Below, one piece after another: positions 9,256 through 18,709 of a DNA stretch of 32,000 nucleotides (positions within the stretch are counted from its first letter, which is position 1; each line of letters opens with the position of its first letter). The stretch covers positions 6,120,001-6,152,000 of the forward strand of contig NC_009925.1 of NCBI RefSeq assembly GCF_000018105.1. The letters are read 5' to 3'. The notes under the pieces were generated by a model. It worked only from the letters and a program-made list of their open reading frames with translations, was not told the DNA's origin and made no database searches. Both the position numbers and the translations under genes were made by a program. Source of the stretch: Acaryochloris marina MBIC11017 (GTDB taxonomy: Bacteria > Cyanobacteriota > Cyanobacteriia > Thermosynechococcales > Thermosynechococcaceae).

Positions 9256-11370
9256 ATGCGCCGTTGGCTGAAAAAACTATACGACCACCCATTTTTGCCT
9301 GCGGTAGCTTCTCTGGGAAATACCCCACAAGATCGGCAGGTTGCTGAGCAATGGTCAACCTGGATGAAACAGCAGTGGTATGACCATGGCCTCAAGGAGC
9401 TGAAGCAGCAGCGCAATTTAATGACTGAGGTGCGACAGGCGTTGAAGAAGCAGTTGGGTGAGGAACATGTGGTCGTGGAGACCATGAATTTTTCACGGGA
9501 TGAGTGGATTCAAATTAATTTGTCGATCAATGATCGAGTCGCAGCCCGTAATGAACAGCAAGGGCTGATAGAGCAACCAGATGCCATTGTTGATCGCGCC
9601 AAGATGCTCTTGGATAGCCGAGACTGGTCAGAAGTTGCCGCTGGATTAGCAGTGGTCACTGGACGTCGCTGCACAGAGCTATTACAAACGGCTGAATTTA
9701 ATTATTCCTCTCCCTATAGTGTGTGGTTCAATGGAGCCTTGAAGCGTCGGAAAGAAGCGATGGAATTACGCTTTGAAATTCCCACCCTTGCACCGGCTAA
9801 ACATGCGATCGCAGCCCTAGATCTCCTCCGGCAGCGAGTCAATACCGTGGGGTTGGAACTGGAAACCATCAATCGAAAGTACAGTCCTCCCGTGGCTAAA
9901 GCGTGCGATCGCTATTTTGCTGAACTGATTCCTCAACGAGCTGGGCGGGGCAATCTCTATACTCATCTATTTCGGACGATCTATGCTCGGATCGCTACCC
10001 ATTGGTATGCTCCACCCACTGTGGCGGATGTTGAGTATATGGCAGCGATCCAAGGTCATTTTTTGATCCAAAATGAGCAAGATACGACGCTTCGCCGGTC
10101 CCTTGCCTCCACTCGACACTACAATGACTACAAAATTGGGGACGGCGAGGGAAATATAGATGGCCGTCAAGGCATCCGACTACGGGATCCAGGAGTACAG
10201 GTCCTGCAAGTCTTCCAAAGTGCCGCCCCTCAACTTGAACCAGACCCCCTCACTGAATGGGAAGAACAACCAATGATCCGACCAGTTAAACGTCAACGCC
10301 AACGCCCCAAGCGGGAAATTTCGACCCTAAGGCTTTATCAAGATGAACGGGATCGCTGGCTTCAAGTGCTCGACCAGTTTGAACCTCGGGGTACCCAGCA
10401 AGAAAAGATGTCCGTGTTGCTGGAATGGCTGGAGCAATCCTTAAAAGACGGTACCTCTGTTCATGAAACCCCGGACGATTTAGAACAGCTGGCTCACCTC
10501 TTTATTGAGCCACTGCAACCCCTCAGAGATCCTGAGGCCATCCGCACTTTGTGTCAGCAGGAAATTGCTGACCTAGAGCAGGACTACTATCTAGAAGATT
10601 ACTTGCCGCTGTATAAACGGGCGATCGCAGAAGCCATTCGCTCGGGACAGCTGCCTTTATTAGACGGAAAAACAGCAGAACGAACCAGCTATACCAAAGA
10701 GGGCGTCAATTACGAGCAGCGCACCCATTATGCCCTATTATTTCTAGACAATTTGGATCATGAATTGGAAGCTCCCAAATCTGATCCGCCGCAGCGAGTT
10801 ACACCTATAAAATCGGACATTACACCTACAAATGATTCAACGCTTGATCAAACAACCCCACCATCCGCAACCGATCAAAAATTAGATACCCTGACCACGG
10901 TGCTGACACAGCTTGTCCAAGTGATGCAGGGGGAGCAGGCCGCTCCACACCCCACTCCAGAGCTGGATACTGCTCAGAATGAAAGCGCCCAAAATAATGG
11001 CCACGCTCATCCGGCTGAATCTCCTGAACTTTCTACTGCAGATCCAGACCCTTCTTCTCCTAAAAAGAGAGGAAGGCGGGCAGGGAAGACGTCTGCCGCT
11101 GCAGAGGCCAAAATCTCCCAGGCCATTAATGCAATCATGGACTACAACAATGTTTCCACTCGGACCTTTGATGAAAAATGGATGATTAGCTCATCTATCC
11201 TCAAACGGCTCACTAAGTCCTACCAAGGCGTGATTCAGCGAGTCCTAGATGCCCGCAAAGATGAAATTAAGCTTCACCATCAGGCCCATGGATTGAAAGG
11301 CCGTCATAATACTCGCCACGGTCGAGCTGGGGTCACCATTGATCAAGTGATTCAGCTGGACTTTGATTAA
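9256..11370 (+). CDS. Tyrosine-recombinase-fold protein resembling protelomerase/telomere resolvase (TelK/TelN/ResT-like), with a long acidic Pro/Thr-rich linker and a basic C-terminal domain
   Basis: The N-terminal ~320 aa carry a candidate catalytic set: R137/R138 (VTGRRCTELL), K163 (GALKRRK; the R-to-K spacing of ~25 matches ResT and TelK as I recall them), H237-x-x-R240 (THLFRTIYA), H268 (IQGH) and Y289 or Y292 (TRHYNDY). Residues ~500-610 are low-complexity (TPTNDSTLDQTTPPSATDQ..PDPSSPKKRGRRAGK). A ~90-aa C-terminal domain follows. Confidence 0.5.
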   Translation: MRRWLKKLYDHPFLPAVASLGNTPQDRQVAEQWSTWMKQQWYDHGLKELKQQRNLMTEVRQALKKQLGEEHVVVETMNFSRDEWIQINLSINDRVAARNEQQGLIEQPDAIVDRAKMLLDSRDWSEVAAGLAVVTGRRCTELLQTAEFNYSSPYSVWFNGALKRRKEAMELRFEIPTLAPAKHAIAALDLLRQRVNTVGLELETINRKYSPPVAKACDRYFAELIPQRAGRGNLYTHLFRTIYARIATHWYAPPTVADVEYMAAIQGHFLIQNEQDTTLRRSLASTRHYNDYKIGDGEGNIDGRQGIRLRDPGVQVLQVFQSAAPQLEPDPLTEWEEQPMIRPVKRQRQRPKREISTLRLYQDERDRWLQVLDQFEPRGTQQEKMSVLLEWLEQSLKDGTSVHETPDDLEQLAHLFIEPLQPLRDPEAIRTLCQQEIADLEQDYYLEDYLPLYKRAIAEAIRSGQLPLLDGKTAERTSYTKEGVNYEQRTHYALLFLDNLDHELEAPKSDPPQRVTPIKSDITPTNDSTLDQTTPPSATDQKLDTLTTVLTQLVQVMQGEQAAPHPTPELDTAQNESAQNNGHAHPAESPELSTADPDPSSPKKRGRRAGKTSAAAEAKISQAINAIMDYNNVSTRTFDEKWMISSSILKRLTKSYQGVIQRVLDARKDEIKLHHQAHGLKGRHNTRHGRAGVTIDQVIQLDFD

Positions 11371-11710
11371 GTGTTTGACAATGGCAGATTAACTCGCTAT
11401 TCTGTTCCCTCAAAACATCAATGGTTGGAGGGAATGGTCGTCTATTACAACTCTAGTAAATAGGCATCTAACGACAGAAGCTGCGTTTGGAGGCAGGTTA
11501 CGCTTATAAGCTATGAATAGTAATAGTTTTAGGCCCTTTCAATAAATATTGCTTGTTGAGAATTCAATCGGCTTGCAAATGCTGTAAGACCAAAATGGGT
11601 TCATCACCATCGTGCATTTATACAAAATCGCCTTGTATCACAGCTATGGTCGTTTGAGGCCAAATAGGGAGAGAGCTACTTTTTGGGTGAAATGAAATTC
11701 TACCCTTTGT

Positions 11711-14134
11711 TCAGGAATCCATATGTTTAGCCAAGAGCTTTTTCGCCATGGGTTTGTATAGCAGGTAGAAGATAGTCTCGATATACCGGAGCATATCTTC
11801 CCTTTTTTCCCTAGAAGTGTAGTTCCAAAAACCGTATATTTTAGCGAGGGAAAGTAATCGACTGGTGTGAATTTTCCAAGTGTAGGTAGTGTAGACCCGC
11901 TCTATCGCTTGTTCTGAAATTTGTTGCCAATAGTCTGGATTGGTTGCACATTCTTTGGCAAACTCTAGCAATTTAGTCGCAATTTCTTCATTATGGGTGG
12001 GGTTGATATAAAAGCCATCGATGCCATCTCGAATGATTTCTAGTGGTCCCCCAAACCGAGTTGCAAAAGTGGGGAGCCCAGAAATCATGGCTTCTAAAAC
12101 CGTTAACCCAAAGGCTTCAAATAGGGCGGGTTGAACAAAAATACCTTTGTGATCGGCAACAACTCGATAGATTTCACCTGAATCTTGCTTGGGAAAGCGT
12201 ACCCCTAACCAACGGATTTTGCCATGCAAATTGTATTGATCAATTATTCGGTATAGTCGCTCGATTTCGTTGATTTCTTCGTGATCCACTGAATCACTGG
12301 TTCTCAGCTTTCCAGCCACTAGAATGAGGTTGTAGTGGTCTTGGAGTTGAGGATGTTGGCCAAAGCATTCTGCTAAACCCGTCAAATTTTTAATCCGATC
12401 CAAACGAGCCATGGAAAACAGTGGCGGTTTTCCTGGATTGTCTAAATGGCCAAAGACATGTTCAGGGTCTTCGAGGGTAAACAGCAATTCTTCCAGTCGG
12501 TCTATATCCCCGGGTGTTCTCTCCTGATGCCGTGTGAAGGGAAAATAGACACTTTCGTTGACGCCAGGGGGAACAACATTAAATTTAGGACTGAACAATT
12601 CGGCTCCATAAACAACATGGTACAGATCGGGCATTGTAAAGGAGCGATAGCTTTCATACTGACCAATGGTATCGGGGCGACCCGCGATTTCTTGATAGGT
12701 ACTAGTGACAATAAAATTCGCCGCATTCATGGCAATTAGATCGGCGGTAAACTGCATGGAGAAGTGATACTGCTCCTCTAAATCCTGCCAATACAGATTA
12801 CTGAACAGATACTTCGACTTTTCAAGAGCATGGGCAACGTTGCACTGGGTTACTCCTAACCGACGGGAGAGGAGAAAGGCGACTAAGTTACCGTCTGTAT
12901 AGTTACCCACGATCAAATCCGGTAAGCCCCGAAACTCGGCCAGTAGTTCCCGCTCAGCATCGATGGCGTAGGTCTCTAGGTAGGGCCATATCTCAAATCG
13001 GGAAATCCAGTTCTGGGTGTATTTGGGATTTAGCTCTCGGAAGGGAACGCGCAAAATCCATACATTGTCGGTGGCATGAACCTTTTCTAGCCGCTGATTG
13101 CAGAGGGTTCCTTCACTATTGGGAATCAATCGAGACAAAATAATAAGCTTTGGCTGAACTTCTAAGGTATCTAGCCCTGCAAACTGAAGATCTTCTTGCA
13201 GCTGCTTCTCTAGGCTTTTTGCTTGATCAAGGACATAAACAACCTGCCCACCCGTATCGGGTCTGCCCAAAACCCCTTCTTGACCAAAGTAGCCGTGAAT
13301 TGAAACCAGCACGATCTTAAAGATCATGGGAATGCGAGAGATAAAGGCTTCCAACACCTGATCGTCAGGAGAATCGATTAGCTCATCCAGCATTTCTAAA
13401 GTTTCTAGAACTCTGGCCGCGGTATTCCCCCAACCTGGTTCAAAACCCAACTCTTGGAAGTTAAATCTAAATTCCGGATAGGGCTGTTCTGGGGGGAGTC
13501 CCCCCACTAAGCTAATGGCTTGCTTTACGCACTCAGATAGATGTTCGGGGCTTTGGATCCTTTGATTAATCAGAAGTTGAGTGCCGTTATAGGAATGAAG
13601 TTTGAGGAATGAAAAGAGAGAGAAGAGCCATTGTTGAGGTCCCTCAAACATCTTGCTCGATAAGTATCGGTTGAGATATTGAACGCCTCGACCAATATTC
13701 TTGGGATCTCGGATGACGGGAGAATAGTCATAGAAAGGACGGAAATCAATTTCGAGGATGTCGCCCTCTTGGGGATGATAGTGCCCTACAAATCGATCGC
13801 GCAGATCCAATAGCTCATCAATCTGGATTTGCTCATAGACTAATTCTCGAGGATCTAAGCGGTAAGCTTCTTCAGATGCGATTTTGGGTCGAATAATCAG
13901 ATAGAGGTTTTCATCCTCGACCAGGATTTCCTGGGTGTAGTAAATCAGCTTTTGCAATCGTGATGAGAGTTGAAATGCAGGAGTCTTCTCATATTTCTCG
14001 CAGAAGGTGTCAAATACGCTCAGAATGTCGTTGCGGAGTAAATAGCGTTCGGGTTGATTATGAACTTCACTGGCAAACTGTCGCAAATCCGTTTTTTCAT
14101 CGCTATTTAAGACCGCTTGAATCAACTGAGACAT
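11711..14134 (-). CDS. susA: Sucrose synthase
   Basis: The 807-aa product has a sucrose-synthase N-terminal region followed by a GT-B glycosyltransferase domain (SIHGYFGQEGVLGRPDTGGQVVYVLDQ ... FVQPALFEAFGLTVLEAMISGLPTFATRFGGPLEII). Length and motifs match plant and cyanobacterial SuS. Confidence 0.9.
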   Translation of the reverse strand: MSQLIQAVLNSDEKTDLRQFASEVHNQPERYLLRNDILSVFDTFCEKYEKTPAFQLSSRLQKLIYYTQEILVEDENLYLIIRPKIASEEAYRLDPRELVYEQIQIDELLDLRDRFVGHYHPQEGDILEIDFRPFYDYSPVIRDPKNIGRGVQYLNRYLSSKMFEGPQQWLFSLFSFLKLHSYNGTQLLINQRIQSPEHLSECVKQAISLVGGLPPEQPYPEFRFNFQELGFEPGWGNTAARVLETLEMLDELIDSPDDQVLEAFISRIPMIFKIVLVSIHGYFGQEGVLGRPDTGGQVVYVLDQAKSLEKQLQEDLQFAGLDTLEVQPKLIILSRLIPNSEGTLCNQRLEKVHATDNVWILRVPFRELNPKYTQNWISRFEIWPYLETYAIDAERELLAEFRGLPDLIVGNYTDGNLVAFLLSRRLGVTQCNVAHALEKSKYLFSNLYWQDLEEQYHFSMQFTADLIAMNAANFIVTSTYQEIAGRPDTIGQYESYRSFTMPDLYHVVYGAELFSPKFNVVPPGVNESVYFPFTRHQERTPGDIDRLEELLFTLEDPEHVFGHLDNPGKPPLFSMARLDRIKNLTGLAECFGQHPQLQDHYNLILVAGKLRTSDSVDHEEINEIERLYRIIDQYNLHGKIRWLGVRFPKQDSGEIYRVVADHKGIFVQPALFEAFGLTVLEAMISGLPTFATRFGGPLEIIRDGIDGFYINPTHNEEIATKLLEFAKECATNPDYWQQISEQAIERVYTTYTWKIHTSRLLSLAKIYGFWNYTSREKREDMLRYIETIFYLLYKPMAKKLLAKHMDS

Positions 14135-14236
14135 AAAGATGCTCCGGACATGGGACCTAGGAATATATTAAGTCTGATAGCAACAGACGTATCAATAGTG
14201 TTGTAAGGGGTTACGAATGTTAAACATTGCAGGCAT

Positions 14237-14262
14237 AAAAAAAGCTGACCCTGAGGCCAGCT
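14237..14262 (-). terminator. Rho-independent terminator after ycf35
   Basis: The minus-strand RNA reads AGCUGGCC-UCAG-GGUCAGCU: an 8-bp stem with one G-U pair and a tetraloop, followed by UUUUUUU (complement of the A-run 14237-14243). It lies 29 nt downstream of the ycf35 stop. Confidence 0.75.
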
Positions 14263-14290
14263 ATTAGGATTTTGGGAACGCGCAGAGAAA

Positions 14291-14644
14291 TTAGCGATGG
14301 AGAACCAACTTGACATTGGCGTTCTGGAGCTCAGGTCGCTTAATTTCTGACAATGTTTTGGTGACGGCGTACTTTTGATTAATAGAGTTAATGAGTTCGG
14401 TTTGATTATGCTTTTTGGCAACGCCCCATAGATCAGCAATCAGATCAAAGGAGCCATCAGTATTATGGGACCAACCCAAATCATATTCACCGTCTAAAAC
14501 TGCAACGATGTCTGCCCGAACACGTTGGCCGTTATAGCCCCGCACATCGGCATTTGTTTTAACTTCAATACCGAGATCCTTCAGGGAAGACTTAAGAATT
14601 TCAGCTTCCGTGATCTTGGTGCGGAGAGTGCTAAAGTGTGACAT
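14291..14644 (-). CDS. ycf35: DUF1257 / Ycf35-family protein
   Basis: MSHFSTLRTKITEAEILKSSLKDLGIEVKTNADVRGYNGQRVRADIVAVLDGEYDLGWSHNTDGSFDLIADLWGVAKKHNQTELINSINQKYAV matches the conserved Ycf35/DUF1257 pattern. The start is set at ATG 14644 with GGAGGAA upstream. The ORF-track start at 14674 would add 10 residues. Confidence 0.8.
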   Translation of the reverse strand: MSHFSTLRTKITEAEILKSSLKDLGIEVKTNADVRGYNGQRVRADIVAVLDGEYDLGWSHNTDGSFDLIADLWGVAKKHNQTELINSINQKYAVTKTLSEIKRPELQNANVKLVLHR

Positions 14645-14770
14645 TGGATGTTCCTCCAGGAATTGAGATAACAACGTTTGGTTGGGATAAACCGCAACGC
14701 TGACAGAATTGCGGTTGGATGGACTAGCGTATAGCTAGTGGTTCCTCCTGTTGGGAACAGGAGAAAGCTT

Positions 14771-16273
14771 TTAGAACTCAAGTCGCTGATATTCTGCGAC
14801 TGAGGCTGCTGCAGGGCGGGCTCTTTGGCGAGCCCAGTCCCGTAAGGCCATTACCTGCTCGGTCATTGTCTTGGAGAGGGGTAAGGTGGAGCGGCTGGCG
14901 GCAATAATATCGAGTTGCGTGAATTCGCGATTTTGGGAAAAAGCTTCGTACATGGCGGCGATGACGACCTGTTCAATTTCTGCTCCCGAAAAGCCTTCGC
15001 AAACGTTTGCGAGTTCAGCTAAGTTAAAACGGGAAATATCTCGACGACGCTGGGAGAGATGAATATTAAAAATTTGCTGGCGCTCTTGGGGGTTGGGCAA
15101 ATCGACAAAGAAAATTTCGTCAAAACGGCCTTTACGCAGAAATTCTCCAGGTAAGCGTTCAACCCGGTTAGCGGTAGCCATCACAAAGACGGGAGAAGTC
15201 TTTTCCTGCATCCAGGTTAAAAACGACCCGAAAATTCGGCTGGAGGTGCCGCCGTCTGAATCTGCCGATCCGGCACCACCCGCAAAGGCCTTGTCCATCT
15301 CATCAATAAATAAGATAGCTGGAGAAATAGACTCAGCGGTTTTGAGGGCACTTCGTAAATTGGCTTCTGACCGTCCTACGGTGGAGCCGTCATAGACACG
15401 TCCCATATCTAAGCGGAGGAGGGGTAAGCCCCATAACCGTGAAGTGGTTTTGGCAATCAGGGACTTTCCGCATCCAGGAACCCCCAAAATTAACATGCCT
15501 TTGGGTTGGGGTAAGCCATATTCCCGTGCCCGTTCAGTAAAGGCTTCCGACCGCTGGGTCAGCCAATGCTTCAATTCTTCTAAACCACCGACGGCATCAA
15601 TGGTGTGATCACTTTCGATATAGTCTAGAATGCCATTGCGGCGAATAAGCTGCTTCTTTTCGGAGAGCACAACTTCAACTTCGGCTTCTGTGAGTTGACC
15701 CGCTGTTACTTTGGCTTTGCGATAAACTTTTTCAGCTTCATCTTTGGTCAATCCGAGGGCTGCTTTTAGCAGTTTTTCCCGTGCTGGAGTGCCTAGGGAC
15801 CGCCCTGTAAACTGCAACTGCTGATCCAGAACATCTTGGAGTTCAGCCAGGTTAGGGAAGGGATAGTCGAGAACGACCATTTCCGTCTCCAACTCATGGG
15901 GAACCTGATGAACAGGAGACATCAAGATGATGGTTTTTCGGGTGTTTTTAAAGCTTGCGATCGCATCTCGTAACCATCGCATCACTTCAGCATTATCTAG
16001 AAACGGATGCAGATCCTTAAAAATAAAGATGGCGTCTTGACGTTCCCCAATGGCTGATTGGATCGCCATCTGGGGAGAAACAGTACTATGTTGGGTGGAA
16101 CTGCGGGGCTGTCCATGCTCAACGGTTCCCCGAGTCAACGTCCAAACAAAAACCTTTCGTTCCTGCCTTTGAGCAATGGCAGCAATCGCTTCCTCTGCCC
16201 GTTCTTCCTCGGGGGTAACGAGGTAGATCAAAGGATATTGAGCTTGAATAAGAATACTTAGCTCTTCTTTCAT
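14771..16273 (-). CDS. ycf46: AAA+ ATPase, Ycf46-type
   Basis: The 500-aa product has the N-terminal QAQYPLIYLVTPEEERAE region typical of Ycf46. The C-terminal AAA module has Walker A GVPGCGKS, Walker B ILFIDEMDK and second-region-of-homology-like MATANRVERLPGEFLRKGRFDEIFFVDLP. Confidence 0.85.
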   Translation of the reverse strand: MKEELSILIQAQYPLIYLVTPEEERAEEAIAAIAQRQERKVFVWTLTRGTVEHGQPRSSTQHSTVSPQMAIQSAIGERQDAIFIFKDLHPFLDNAEVMRWLRDAIASFKNTRKTIILMSPVHQVPHELETEMVVLDYPFPNLAELQDVLDQQLQFTGRSLGTPAREKLLKAALGLTKDEAEKVYRKAKVTAGQLTEAEVEVVLSEKKQLIRRNGILDYIESDHTIDAVGGLEELKHWLTQRSEAFTERAREYGLPQPKGMLILGVPGCGKSLIAKTTSRLWGLPLLRLDMGRVYDGSTVGRSEANLRSALKTAESISPAILFIDEMDKAFAGGAGSADSDGGTSSRIFGSFLTWMQEKTSPVFVMATANRVERLPGEFLRKGRFDEIFFVDLPNPQERQQIFNIHLSQRRRDISRFNLAELANVCEGFSGAEIEQVVIAAMYEAFSQNREFTQLDIIAASRSTLPLSKTMTEQVMALRDWARQRARPAAASVAEYQRLEF

Positions 16274-16354
16274 GACCTTTGTCTCCCAATGCAGGGTTGA
16301 CTACAGAGGATGCATGAAGTTGGACAGACAGCTATTAAAGAATAGGCCGAAAAA

Positions 16355-16681
16355 TCAGACGCCCGCTCCCACGAGTTCTTCAGCTGCAGGTTGAACCTTC
16401 AGTCCATCATCACTTAACATGGCAGGCTGCTCTTTCATTGAAACCAACTCACCCGCACGCAAAACGACAGTCGTCGTACATTCGGGACAGGCATATACTT
16501 GATGGGTCGCCCCATAAGCAGATACTTCTGTTTGCTCCACCACCTCAGGATGACCCAGGTAGAAATCAATGGCCCGTTCAGCAATGGCTGACATGGGCTC
16601 TGCATCAACGGCAGCTCGAATTTTGAGTTGACGATGCAGGTCGGGTGGTAGGTAAAGAGTAACCTTTTGTTTGTCTTGCAT
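16355..16681 (-). CDS. Ribbon-helix-helix (CopG/Arc-like) protein with an internal CPEC motif
   Basis: KVTLYLPPDLHRQLKIRAAVDAEPMSAIAERAIDFYL is a classic RHH beta-alpha-alpha pattern. It is followed by YACPECTTTVV. It lies directly upstream of ycf46 and is co-directional with it. Confidence 0.65.
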   Translation of the reverse strand: MQDKQKVTLYLPPDLHRQLKIRAAVDAEPMSAIAERAIDFYLGHPEVVEQTEVSAYGATHQVYACPECTTTVVLRAGELVSMKEQPAMLSDDGLKVQPAAEELVGAGV

Positions 16682-16724
16682 ATGGCTTAGTAAATGGATA
16701 CCCGGGTATTAAGGAACAGCTTAA

Positions 16725-16754
16725 AGATTAGACACATTGCTGTCAAGCTGTCAA
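16725..16754 (-). promoter_or_regulatory. Candidate sigma-70-type promoter for the RHH-ycf46-ycf35 operon
   Basis: On the minus strand there are tandem TTGACA hexamers (complements of 16749-16754 and 16741-16746). The distal one lies 18 nt upstream of TAATCT (complement of 16725-16730), about 45 nt upstream of the RHH start codon. Confidence 0.4.
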
Positions 16755-16800
16755 ACCGTTATGACGTCAATTTCTTCATATAAGTACATAAAGTATGGGC

Positions 16801-17505
16801 TCATACTTGAATCTGAGTGACGGCAATATTGCCCTGAAAACAAATATCCACATCACTACCCAGTTCGCGATCTCGGCCATGATAATTGCCTACATACACT
16901 AAACCTGCTTCTTCTTGGCGATAGGCGACGGGTAAAGGTTGTCTGGACAGTGGACATTGAATAATTTCAGGATCGGGGGCCCCTGGAGGCAGATGGGGGA
17001 AGTTTACATTCCAAAATGCTTGTGAAGGTAGGGGCTGGTCCTGTAAGTGCTGGATGACCCGTTTGGCCCAGCGAGTTGAGCGGGACCAGTCGATGGGGCG
17101 GTCTCGGCGATGATATTGAGAAAGGGCTATACCGGGAATACGATGCAAGGCAGCTTCTCGGACGGCGGCAACCGTTCCCGAAACATAGATATCTGAGCCT
17201 AAGTTACCGCCCATATTGATGCCGGAAAAAACCCAAGTCAGCTTGGGACAGAGATGCTGGAGGGCTACCCGAACGCAATCGACTGGCGTTCCGCCAATAC
17301 CATAGCTGGCAAGCAGATTAGACCCCGCTGGCCGCTGGTCGATGGTAATGGGGGCAGAAGTTGTGACTTGATGTCCACAACCAGAATGGTGGGTTTGGGG
17401 TGCAATCAACAAAGCTGGCTGCTCCATCGCCTGTGCTAAGGCTGCAATGCCTGGGGCATCAATGCCGTCATCGTTGGTGAGAATCCAAGTCATGCCAAAA
17501 GGCAC
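16801..17505 (-). CDS. surE: 5'/3'-nucleotidase SurE
   Basis: The N-terminal (M)TWILTNDDGIDAPGI is the SurE signature, and GINMGGNLG and SGTVAAVREAA are also conserved. The start is ambiguous between GTG 17505 (the AGGAAA box 17516-17521 lies closer to this start) and ATG 17493. Confidence 0.85.
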   Translation of the reverse strand: MPFGMTWILTNDDGIDAPGIAALAQAMEQPALLIAPQTHHSGCGHQVTTSAPITIDQRPAGSNLLASYGIGGTPVDCVRVALQHLCPKLTWVFSGINMGGNLGSDIYVSGTVAAVREAALHRIPGIALSQYHRRDRPIDWSRSTRWAKRVIQHLQDQPLPSQAFWNVNFPHLPPGAPDPEIIQCPLSRQPLPVAYRQEEAGLVYVGNYHGRDRELGSDVDICFQGNIAVTQIQV

Positions 17506-17553
17506 ATCATAGTATTTCCTCAGACGATGTGGGAAAGTCCGAGACGATAGAGA

Positions 17554-18438
17554 TTAAAGATTGGCGTGGTGGGTTGAGCAATTGCGGCCGGATTGTTTGG
17601 AATAGTACAAGGCCTGATCGGCTTCATTGATGAGTTCTTTGGCTGTTTTATAGGTAGAGTCTTGATCTGCGATCGCAGTGGCAACTCCCACACTGATTGT
17701 AATTTCTTGAATGGGCCAGCCATAATTATCTACCGCCTGCCGTAACGACTCGGCTACAGTAAATGAACCCTGCTGGTCACTGTCTGGCAAACACACCACA
17801 AATTCTTCCCCACCATAGCGACCGGCCAAGTCGCTTCTGCGTAAGTTGGTTTTGAGGATACCTGAAATTAAGACAAGGGCTTGGTCCCCAGCTGAGTGAC
17901 CATAGGAATCATTAAAGGTTTTGAAGTAATCTACATCCAGCAATAGGATTGACAAAGGGCGTTGAGTGCGGGCGGCAAAAGACTGATATTGCTGGAGTTG
18001 AGTTAAAAACCCCCTCCGATTCATCAACTCCGTTAAAGAATCGGTATAAGCTAGTTCGGTGAGTCGAAAATTCTCTTGCAGAATCCCCTCTTGAAATCGT
18101 TTGAGGGCCTCACTCTCTCGGGCAATACCCAAGATAGAGTTTGAGCTGGAGTCAAAGCTAAAGGACCAAGTTAAATAAGCCTGATTTCCGTCTGCTTTGC
18201 AGTGTAAGGTTTCAAAGTTAGGAATACTTTGGTTGATCGTCGATTGGAGAACCTGCTGAGTTTGCTGTATCCATTCAGCATGGACAAAATCAAGAAATGA
18301 TCGCCCGTGGACTCGGCTCGTATCCCAGCCAAATAGCTGAGTAAATGAGGTGTTTACTCGGTGAATGGTGTAATTGGGCTTCAATATGCAGATAATCTCT
18401 GGGCAAATATTGAAGAGTTGGTCCAGATTTGGTTCCAA
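17554..18438 (-). CDS. PAS-domain diguanylate cyclase (GGDEF)
   Basis: The C-terminal GGDEF domain has the active site GGEEF and an RxxD I-site (RRSD) five residues upstream. The N-terminal ~110 aa are PAS-like. Confidence 0.85.
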   Translation of the reverse strand: MEPNLDQLFNICPEIICILKPNYTIHRVNTSFTQLFGWDTSRVHGRSFLDFVHAEWIQQTQQVLQSTINQSIPNFETLHCKADGNQAYLTWSFSFDSSSNSILGIARESEALKRFQEGILQENFRLTELAYTDSLTELMNRRGFLTQLQQYQSFAARTQRPLSILLLDVDYFKTFNDSYGHSAGDQALVLISGILKTNLRRSDLAGRYGGEEFVVCLPDSDQQGSFTVAESLRQAVDNYGWPIQEITISVGVATAIADQDSTYKTAKELINEADQALYYSKQSGRNCSTHHANL

Positions 18439-18709
18439 GGTAAGTTTCGACTGAAGAGGGACTTGTTGTTCGGCTAAGAGATTAATCTTGATATTCCTGA
18501 AAAAACGGTTTTTGGGGCCGAATTACGAGATCAATATAGTGTCAGTGACTCATTTGGCTAACGACAGAAGTGACTTAAATAGAGAAATGCTATAGATTCT
18601 ATTCTGTCTTAAGATACCCGAAAAGAACTGGCTTGATACCTGAGAACTTTTGATGTGTTGAGAGTTAAATTGAGCCGTTTATGCATCTACTTTTTAGACA
18701 CTCGCTGAT

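Noticed and set aside
9036-9485. 149-aa Cys-rich minus-strand ORF overlapping the start of the protelomerase-like gene
   Set aside because: It lies antisense to a well-supported 704-aa ORF and partly over the promoter region. The sequence is low-complexity Cys/Ser-rich with no motifs. I treated it as spurious.
11468-11480. 13-nt exact repeat CTAACGACAGAAG shared with 18558-18570, both in intergenic DNA
   Set aside because: Roughly ten or more exact 13-mer coincidences are expected by chance in a 32-kb window when both strands are considered. The flanks do not extend the match.
12043-12739. Short ORFs on both strands inside susA (12043..12273, 12446..12739, 12502..12726)
   Set aside because: They are embedded in the uninterrupted 807-aa sucrose synthase frame and have no independent support.
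14581-14781. 66-aa minus-strand ORF spanning the ycf46-ycf35 spacer
   Set aside because: It overlaps the ycf35 start in another frame and runs through the two spacer hairpins. It has no ribosome-binding site and no resemblance to DUF2997 or any other partner of this operon.
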